Assembly: GCA_045803545.1 (NCBI GenBank)
Contig: JBJMOW010000004.1
Location: 640,001 to 704,000, forward strand
Direction of reading: 5' to 3'
Length of the DNA: 64,000 nucleotides
Source: Gemmatimonadaceae bacterium
Lineage (GTDB): Bacteria > Gemmatimonadota > Gemmatimonadetes > Gemmatimonadales > Gemmatimonadaceae
Both the position numbers and the translations under genes were made by a program. How positions within the stretch are numbered: position 1 is the stretch's first letter; each line of letters begins with the position of its first letter. The notes under the pieces are model-generated. The model saw only the letters and a program-made list of their open reading frames with translations. It was not told the DNA's origin and ran no database searches. Of this stretch, positions 57,226 through 64,000 are shown piece by piece.

Positions 57226-57768
57226 TCAAAGCGGGTGAAGTCCGCGCACCACGACGACACTCCAGCTATCCGGATAAGCCATCGAGGTGCGCAGAAATCG
57301 GGGATAGTGCCACTCCTCATCAAAGGCCACCTGCACCTGAGTGAGCGGATCCCGGACGCGGGCAAGATTGTCGAACAAGGCGTCGATGTTCAGGCTTCCG
57401 GCAGTAGTCTCGACGCGCCGCCCGCTCGCATCCCAGACTCGAACGGCTTGATCGTGCCGGACCTCTAACAGGAGCCATCGCGTTGGTCCGGGGCAGAAGC
57501 ACTCGCTCCTTGCGAGAAACCGATAGTCACGCGGCTTCCCCGCATCCCATAACGCGCGTTCCCTCGCCAGTGTAGCCTGAAGCGCCTTACGCTCAGCCGG
57601 ATTCTGCACGTTGTAGTTTCGACCCTCGGCGGAATACCGCGTCGATGGGAGGGTGTCCCTGAACAGTGCGGCGACTGCCGGATCTCTACCATCGTTATGA
57701 GCGGGTCGCTGATGGTGACAAGCGGCGACCAGCGCGATTACGGAGATCAGGCTGATGCGCGGCTTCAT
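57226..57768 (-). CDS. DUF6174-like lipoprotein
   Basis: VAAC; DYRF...CFC...IDALF...FDEEWHYP. Confidence 0.65.
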   Translation of the reverse strand: MKPRISLISVIALVAACHHQRPAHNDGRDPAVAALFRDTLPSTRYSAEGRNYNVQNPAERKALQATLARERALWDAGKPRDYRFLARSECFCPGPTRWLLLEVRHDQAVRVWDASGRRVETTAGSLNIDALFDNLARVRDPLTQVQVAFDEEWHYPRFLRTSMAYPDSWSVVVVRGLHPL

Positions 57769-57778
57769 TGGCTGGTCA

Positions 57779-58504
57779 TTACGTCAGCGACGGATCGGTG
57801 ATAGCTCGCATTGCGAGCACGCGTGCATTCCATTTCTGGACGTCGACACCCTTCCACAGAAACCATACAGTCAGCACCAGAACCGTGAGCGGGGCCGGCA
57901 GCAACAGCAGGTCCCAGGAATATGCGGGCGCCAGCACCAAGGTGAAGTTCTTCACGATGAATGCAACACCGACAATCATGAGCAGGATGCCGACGAACCG
58001 TGGTATATAGGTCGATCTGTAGATCAGGTACCCGCGAATGATTGACGCCAGGCCGTAGAACACCATGAACAGCCCGGCACCGGCCGAATAAACGTAGACA
58101 AAGAAATAAACCAGCGCGTTGAGCTGGGCAGGGGAGAAAGAGCCCGCATACGCCGGGCTGCGGAGCAGCACTGGTCCGACGAAGAAGAACAACTCGCACA
58201 CCGCGAAAATCGCTGTCGAAACCAGGCCAAGGAATGCGGCGAACAGTGCCCAGTTCCGGTGCACCGGTTTGAGCAGGATGTAGAAGACCAGGGCAATGGC
58301 GACATCGCACACCGCCTCCAGCAGGTATCCGGCGAAACCGAATCGGAACAGCGATTCGTGGGCGAGGATTCTGCTCGCCGTCTCTGCCGCGTTCTGCGGT
58401 GCGATCAACGTTGTTGGGACGATCAGCTCGCCAAACGTGCCGCCGATCAGCGAAATGAGGAAGAGAACGCCAGCGATGCGCGCGTAGGTTTGGACGTGAG
58501 TCAT
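57779..58504 (-). CDS. DUF4386-family membrane protein
   Basis: ARIAGVLFL, LLKPV, YIPRFVG, WFLWKGV. Confidence 0.82.
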   Translation of the reverse strand: MTHVQTYARIAGVLFLISLIGGTFGELIVPTTLIAPQNAAETASRILAHESLFRFGFAGYLLEAVCDVAIALVFYILLKPVHRNWALFAAFLGLVSTAIFAVCELFFFVGPVLLRSPAYAGSFSPAQLNALVYFFVYVYSAGAGLFMVFYGLASIIRGYLIYRSTYIPRFVGILLMIVGVAFIVKNFTLVLAPAYSWDLLLLPAPLTVLVLTVWFLWKGVDVQKWNARVLAMRAITDPSLT

Positions 58505-58590
58505 CTCGATCTCGGAAGGGATGCCGAGCACGGGCTCGGGGGAATAACTAAGGTTTCAGTTATGCCCTACGAAGGATCGGGTGAGTGGTT

Positions 58591-59085
58591 TCAGCCTCTC
58601 GACCAGAGCCGCTCTCTCGCCCGTGCAATGATCACTGCCAGCGCCAGCAGGAAGACGTGGTCCTGCTCCTTGTCGTCGATGTCGATGCCCCAGGTGTCGC
58701 TGAGGTGGAACCACTGCTTGGTAAATCGGGCGATCTGGTGGCCATTCCGCTTGATGAAGTACTCGAGGTCGAGAAAATCGCCGACTGCCTCGAGCGCGGT
58801 GGTGCCGTCTGTCTCGACGGTAAAGCCGTGCCTTGGAAAGATCGCGAATAGCTTTCGGCGGACGTCGGCGATCAGCCGGCCAGCACGGTGGATCTCATAG
58901 ACTCCTCTCCAGCGGTCGATCGTCAGGTCGATGTGGACGAGCTCGTTACCATCCGCGTCCTCGATGGAAATCTTGTCGAGAATCGTGATCGGCTCACCCT
59001 TGACCTCATACTTAGAGCCGTCCTCGCCTTCGATCGTAAAGTTGGTGCCGAAGGAGACCAATTTTTGTTTGAGTGCGTAATGCAT
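58591..59085 (-). CDS. LURP-one/Tubby C-like (YxjI) protein
   Basis: KQKLVSFG.NFTI, GDFLDLEY, KQWF..SDTWGI. Confidence 0.8.
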   Translation of the reverse strand: MHYALKQKLVSFGTNFTIEGEDGSKYEVKGEPITILDKISIEDADGNELVHIDLTIDRWRGVYEIHRAGRLIADVRRKLFAIFPRHGFTVETDGTTALEAVGDFLDLEYFIKRNGHQIARFTKQWFHLSDTWGIDIDDKEQDHVFLLALAVIIARARERLWSRG

Positions 59086-59092
59086 TAGACGC

Positions 59093-60049
59093 TCATTCGC
59101 CGAATCGCACCCGACGGGTCGTCTTCTCGTTGCCGGTAGGGCGAGTGAGATGATCGTACAGCTCCGGCCGTCGTGCGCGTAGCCAGCGTCGTCCCGACGA
59201 CGTCTCGATCAATGAAGCATCGAGGTCTGCAACCACCATGTCGTCTTTCGCCGCTCGCGTTTCCGTGATGATGCGACCGTAGGGGTCGAGTATCATCGCG
59301 TTTCCGGTGCGGATTTCGTCGTCGTCTGGTCCGATGCCGTTACTGAAAATGAGAAACAGCCCGTTGTCGTGCGCTCTGCTCGGCAGCCACCGCATCAGCC
59401 AGCCGCGGCCCTTTGGTCCACACAGCTCCGCCTCGCAGGCTGCTGGATCCTCCTCGCGGCGCGCCCAGATCTCCTGGTCGATTGGCTTCATCGCATGTGG
59501 GCTCACCGAATCGCAGCCACCGGTTTGATGCGGGGATAACAGAATCTCCGCGCCCATCAATGCCGTCGCCCGCGCGTTTTCGATGATGTTGTTGTCGTAG
59601 CAAATGAGTACGCCCACCCGACATCCATGCGGAGTATCAAAGACGGTGAACTGATGGCCGTCGGAGATGAACTCACTTACGAACTCGTGCATTTTGCGAT
59701 GCCGAGCCCAGCGGCCGTCGGGCATCGCGACGACCGAGGCGTTGTAGAATTTCCCATCATCGCCACGCTCGATGATTCCGGCGCAAATGGTCATTCCATG
59801 CTCGCGCGACAGACGCATCAACTCCTGTGTCGACGGACCATCTGGAACCGGCTCGGCGAGCGCCGCGACCTGGTCGCGCGAAAGTTTGCGGACGTGCCAG
59901 TAGCCGCTGAGGCACATCTCGGGAAAGACGATGATCTCGACGCCGGACTTCGCGGCCTCGCCAACGAAGTAGCGGACGCGATCGAGATTGTATTCCTTGT
60001 CGCCGGATTTATGCTCGAATTGGATGGCGGCTACACGGACGTCGCGCAT
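59093..60049 (-). CDS. Nitrilase/carbon-nitrogen hydrolase
   Basis: FPE, HRK, ICYD triad motifs; RRPELY. Confidence 0.92.
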   Translation of the reverse strand: MRDVRVAAIQFEHKSGDKEYNLDRVRYFVGEAAKSGVEIIVFPEMCLSGYWHVRKLSRDQVAALAEPVPDGPSTQELMRLSREHGMTICAGIIERGDDGKFYNASVVAMPDGRWARHRKMHEFVSEFISDGHQFTVFDTPHGCRVGVLICYDNNIIENARATALMGAEILLSPHQTGGCDSVSPHAMKPIDQEIWARREEDPAACEAELCGPKGRGWLMRWLPSRAHDNGLFLIFSNGIGPDDDEIRTGNAMILDPYGRIITETRAAKDDMVVADLDASLIETSSGRRWLRARRPELYDHLTRPTGNEKTTRRVRFGE

Positions 60050-60062
60050 TAGGCAGAATATT

Positions 60063-60689
60063 TCATCGACGTCTACTGCCTTTGCGCTTAGCCGCAGCGC
60101 GCTTGCCGCTCTTTTTCTTCGCCGGCTTTGCTTTCTTTTTGACGAACCTGACCTTCGGTGGCTCGCTACGCACTCCCTTCACCGAATACGCGAGCACCAT
60201 TATCCCACTCGGAAGCCGGTGGGTGTCGGAGAGCACGAGATTCGTCGACGCGCCCGGCGGCAAAACAGGAATTCCCGATCCCAGCAACACCGGCATCACC
60301 GCCAGCTCAACGGTGTCGACCAGTCCGCCGTCGAGCAGATAGCGAAAGAGCTCGCCGCCACCGAACAGCCAGATGTCACGCCCCGATTTCTTCTTGAGCT
60401 CAGCGACGACTTTGCGCGGATCGTCGTTAACGACCCGCACGCCGCGCGACGTCGATGCGGGAAGCGTCCGCGAGAAGACGACGACATCCATGCCCGGAAT
60501 CGAGCCGTCCACTCCGGCCGCCAGACCAACTTCGTAGGTCTTGCGACCCATCACCGCGGCGTCGAACTCCTTGTACAGCGCGCCGAAATCGATGCTCGGA
60601 TCCGAAACGAGCCAGTCGTAACTCCCATCCGGTCGAGCGATAAATCCGTCAAGACTCACCGCCACCTGATAACGCAGCCGCTTTGCCAT
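60063..60689 (-). CDS. Dihydrofolate reductase-like (RibD C-terminal) protein with basic tail
   Basis: SLDGFIA, MGRKTY, GGGEL, PVLLGSG. Confidence 0.88.
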   Translation of the reverse strand: MAKRLRYQVAVSLDGFIARPDGSYDWLVSDPSIDFGALYKEFDAAVMGRKTYEVGLAAGVDGSIPGMDVVVFSRTLPASTSRGVRVVNDDPRKVVAELKKKSGRDIWLFGGGELFRYLLDGGLVDTVELAVMPVLLGSGIPVLPPGASTNLVLSDTHRLPSGIMVLAYSVKGVRSEPPKVRFVKKKAKPAKKKSGKRAAAKRKGSRRR

Positions 60690-60744
60690 CCGCTGACTCT
60701 ACATCGTCATTGGACGCGTCGCCACTCCTCGGTGGCGAACGTCT

Positions 60745-63021
60745 CTAAGGAATCGCATCGAGTCCGAGCCTCCTGATTAATGCGTCATATCGCGGGTCCT
60801 TCCTGATCGGATCAAGCCGCGGATGCGCGCGCAGCATGATTATGCCCGGCGCCTGCTCGTCGACGGCGATGTCCAGCCAGTGAAAGGCATCGTCGACATC
60901 ACCCAGCGACGTGTAGAGCACTGCAATTCCCCACGCCGACACGATGCGGGTCTTCCTCGCCTCTATCAGCTCCACCAGCATCCGTCTGGCTTCCTGCTCA
61001 TGCCCCATCGTCACTTCGAGATGCGCGAGGCCGAACATCGGACCGGCGACTCCCGCGGAAACCCGAATCGCCTCTTCACACTCTTTGCGCGCTTCGTCAA
61101 AACGACCAAGCGCCTCCAGTGAGCGCGCCAGTCCGGTGTGCGCTCCATCGAATCGCGGATCCAGTCCGATCGCCAATCGATAGTGCACCACCGATTTCTC
61201 GTAGTCGCGCGCGAAGTAGTACGCGTCGCCGACACCGACGTAGATCATCATCGACTGCGGGTCGAGCGTCATCGACTTGTGCATCGCTGCCAGTGCCTCG
61301 GCGTGCCGCTCGTACGAGTAGAGGGCGCGGCCAAGCAGGTTCTGGGCGTGCGCCAGCCCTGGGTTCAGCTCGACCGCCTTTCGCAGATGCTTCAATCCAC
61401 CGGCGACGTCGCCCGAGTGAGACATCGTCACCCCTATCGAGACGTGTGCGTCGGGCAGATTCGGATCGAGCTTGAGTGCAATTCGTGCGGCGTTCAATGC
61501 CTCGCGAACCGACTCGCCAGGCGACGTCATCCCGCGAATCGCGCGGAAGATGTTATGATCGGCAATTGCGGTCCACGCCAGCGCCGAAGTCGGATCGAGC
61601 TCGACCGCGCGCCTGGCATGACGCAGCCCGACGTCGAGCGCTTGCGGCGTGGCGTCCGAGAATGAGTGTCGGCTCTTCAGAAACTCGAGGTACGCCTCGG
61701 GATTCACCGCGACGTGAGCTCCGAGTTTCTTCTCCTCAGCCGGCGTCAGCTGCACCGCCACCTCTTTCACGATCGTACCCGCCAGCTCGCTTTGCATATC
61801 CAGCACGTCCTTGAGCTCGCGATCATAACGCTCGGCCCACAGCGTTTCGTCGGTGCGCGCGGAGACGAGCTGCACGCTCAGGCGGACGCGATTGTTGACA
61901 AGGAGCACCGACCCCTCGAGCACTGCATCGACGTTGAGCTCGTGCGCAATCTCGGGCAGCGATAGGCTCGCGGTTTTGTACTTTGCGACTGAGGTGTGCG
62001 AGATCACTCGCAACGCTTTCACCCGCGCCAGATCGGAGATCAGCGACTCCGTCATTCCGTCCGCGAAATACTCCTGCGACGCGTCACGCGAAGTGTTGCG
62101 CAGCGGAAGGACTGCGATCGAGCGCACGACATTCCTTGCCTGAAGAGGGAGCTCGCCCGACGGCAGCCCCTGCGCGATACCACGCAGTGTCTGCGCGACA
62201 ATCGCCGCTGATGCGGGCCGCTCATCCGGCTCCTTTCGCAGGCACTCGGCCACGATGCGATCGAGCGCGTCCGGTGCGTCGGGCCGGTGCCACACTACAC
62301 GCGCCGGAGCAGTGTTGATGATCGCGAACATCAGAGCTTCAGTGCGATCGCGCACGAACGGGCGCTGGCCCGTCGCCATCTCGAACAGCATCGCACCGAG
62401 CGCGTAAGTATCGGTCCGCGCATCGGCTTCGCCGAAGAGTTGTTCAGGTGCCATGTAGGACAGCGAGCCCATGATCATGCCGGGCTGCGTCACTCTGCCG
62501 ATCGAGCTGGCATCGGAGAGGAGAAGCGCCAAGCCGAAGTCGAGTATTTTCGGTTGACCGTCGGCGGTGAAGACGACGTTGCCTGGCTTCAGGTCGCGGT
62601 GAAAGATCCCGTTCCGATGTGCGTGATCGATCGCGTCAGCGAGCGCTGCGCCAATCGACAGAATGTTGTCGATCGGCAGCCGGCCACCGACGATGCGCGA
62701 TTCGAGTGTGCCACCGGCAACGTACTCCATGACCAGGTATTCCTGGTCCAGATGGACGTTGAAGTCGAAGACAGTGGCGACCCCCGGGTGCGACAGACGC
62801 GAGAGCGCGAGTGCTTCGCGACGGAAGCGCTCGTTGCGGCCGTCGTAGTCCGACTCGCGCAGGAGAAATTTGATCGCGACGTCGCGGTCGAGGTTATCGT
62901 CGTGCGCCTTCCACACTTCGCCCATTCCGCCGGCGCCGATGCGCTCGACGAGCCGGTAGCGCCCGATGGTTCCCCCGGGCGCAATTGTCAGCGCGTGGCT
63001 GCCAGTGACGGTGTCAGGCAT
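60745..63021 (-). CDS. Ser/Thr protein kinase with TolB-N-like and TPR domains
   Basis: GAGGMGEV, VAIK, HRDLKPGN, DFG, YMAPE; SIAVLP; TPR repeats. Confidence 0.92.
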   Translation of the reverse strand: MPDTVTGSHALTIAPGGTIGRYRLVERIGAGGMGEVWKAHDDNLDRDVAIKFLLRESDYDGRNERFRREALALSRLSHPGVATVFDFNVHLDQEYLVMEYVAGGTLESRIVGGRLPIDNILSIGAALADAIDHAHRNGIFHRDLKPGNVVFTADGQPKILDFGLALLLSDASSIGRVTQPGMIMGSLSYMAPEQLFGEADARTDTYALGAMLFEMATGQRPFVRDRTEALMFAIINTAPARVVWHRPDAPDALDRIVAECLRKEPDERPASAAIVAQTLRGIAQGLPSGELPLQARNVVRSIAVLPLRNTSRDASQEYFADGMTESLISDLARVKALRVISHTSVAKYKTASLSLPEIAHELNVDAVLEGSVLLVNNRVRLSVQLVSARTDETLWAERYDRELKDVLDMQSELAGTIVKEVAVQLTPAEEKKLGAHVAVNPEAYLEFLKSRHSFSDATPQALDVGLRHARRAVELDPTSALAWTAIADHNIFRAIRGMTSPGESVREALNAARIALKLDPNLPDAHVSIGVTMSHSGDVAGGLKHLRKAVELNPGLAHAQNLLGRALYSYERHAEALAAMHKSMTLDPQSMMIYVGVGDAYYFARDYEKSVVHYRLAIGLDPRFDGAHTGLARSLEALGRFDEARKECEEAIRVSAGVAGPMFGLAHLEVTMGHEQEARRMLVELIEARKTRIVSAWGIAVLYTSLGDVDDAFHWLDIAVDEQAPGIIMLRAHPRLDPIRKDPRYDALIRRLGLDAIP

Positions 63022-63088
63022 GCTTATGAATTTGCGTTTCGGCTGCCCGTTGCGCGACTGACTGCGGAGGCCGCAATCTTGTCGGGCG

Positions 63089-63535
63089 ATGCCTAAATCA
63101 CTGGCGAACCCGACCGTCCGCGACGAAATGCTTGACAGACTGGAACGTCTCTCGCCCGACGCCAAACCGCGCTGGGGTCGAATGAACCCGACTCAAATGC
63201 TCGCTCACCTCGCCGACTGAATGGCGATGGCGGCCGGAAGCCTCGGTGTAACCCCAATCCGGATGATCGTCCGGTACCCGCCGCTCAAATGGCTGGCGAT
63301 ATACTGGCTGCCGTTTCCCAGGAACGTGATGACCGCGCCGGAGCTAAGGAGTCGCAAGCCTCGCGATTGGTCGATCGAAATGGAAACGGTGCGTCAACGC
63401 CTTGAGGGATTCGACACGATCGCCAGGCGGAATGACTGGCCACATCACCCTGCCTTCGGAAAGATGACGAAGCGCGCGTGGTGCGTCTTCGCCTATCGTC
63501 ACATGGACCATCACTTCCGGCAGTTCGGGATTTAG
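63089..63535 (+). pseudogene. DUF1569/DinB-like gene with in-frame TGA
   Basis: MPKSL...PRWGRMNPTQMLAHLAD*MAM...HPAFG...HMDHHFRQFG; stop at 63218-63220. Confidence 0.75.
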
Positions 63536-64000
63536 CGCGGGCGATACACCATCGACACCGCCCCGCGAGTCAGTGGGTGAGCGTCGACCAACTCGAGCTG
63601 CTTCGCTGTTTTATCCGGAAACAAGCGCCGACCGCCGCCGAGTACGACGGGGCAGACGATGATGTGATACTCGTCGACCAGGTTAGCCTCGCTCAGTTGC
63701 TGTCCGATCGAGATGCTGCCCGAGATCAGCATGCTCTTTCCCGGTTGTTTCTTCAGCTTCGGGATTTCGTCAGTCGGATTCGCTTTGACGACGCGACCCG
63801 CCGGCCAATTGCCCCACGGCGCCAGGTTAAGCGTTTTCGAGAAGACGACTTTCGGTATTCCGTTGAACAAATCGGCGAACGCTTTTTCCTCGCCCTCCGT
63901 CCGTGTGGGCCATATCTGCGAGAAGATCTCGTAAGTGACTCGACCGAGAACTAGCGTGTCGACTGAATCGAACAGGCGCATCTGCTCCGCGCCCCAGCGC
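63532..64000 (-). CDS. Dihydrofolate reductase-like (RibD C-terminal) protein, 5' end beyond window
   Basis: LGRVTY, PKVVFS, LVDEY, PVVLGGG. Confidence 0.85.
   Translation of the reverse strand, partial: RWGAEQMRLFDSVDTLVLGRVTYEIFSQIWPTRTEGEEKAFADLFNGIPKVVFSKTLNLAPWGNWPAGRVVKANPTDEIPKLKKQPGKSMLISGSISIGQQLSEANLVDEYHIIVCPVVLGGGRRLFPDKTAKQLELVDAHPLTRGAVSMVYRPR

Overview
GC-rich bacterial chromosome segment; gene content suggests Gemmatimonadota (inference only). The left third (1-20305) is a chromosomal integron with an unusual layout. The integron integrase (19307-20305, minus strand) has its attI site about 170 bp downstream of its stop codon. At least 30 cassettes follow on the same strand, separated by related attC sites, and the array runs off the left edge. 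The 19 attC sites nearest attI are intact. The distal 6.4 kb is eroding (half-deleted attCs, a frameshift, a nonsense codon, a 5'-truncated higB). Cassette cargo includes lipoproteins and membrane proteins, enzymes, HNH/HEPN/AbiGi-like defence candidates and an uncharacterised overlapping two-gene pair that looks like a toxin-antitoxin module. The rest is backbone: ligC, a tannase-family esterase apparently lacking its lid domain, a BBE-like oxidase, tamB/tamA-like genes, rho, PBP1A, DUF1800/DUF1501, two Ser/Thr kinases, glpFK and many small enzymes, with several repeat families. The best candidate for an undescribed system is 44359-46571. It comprises a phage-type Rad52/Sak-like gene, an ECF-type sigma factor translationally coupled to a LexA/UmuD-type S24 autopeptidase without a recognisable HTH, an 18-bp repeat on either side of that pair, and a small ORF. 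All family assignments come from motif recognition by eye, not database searches.
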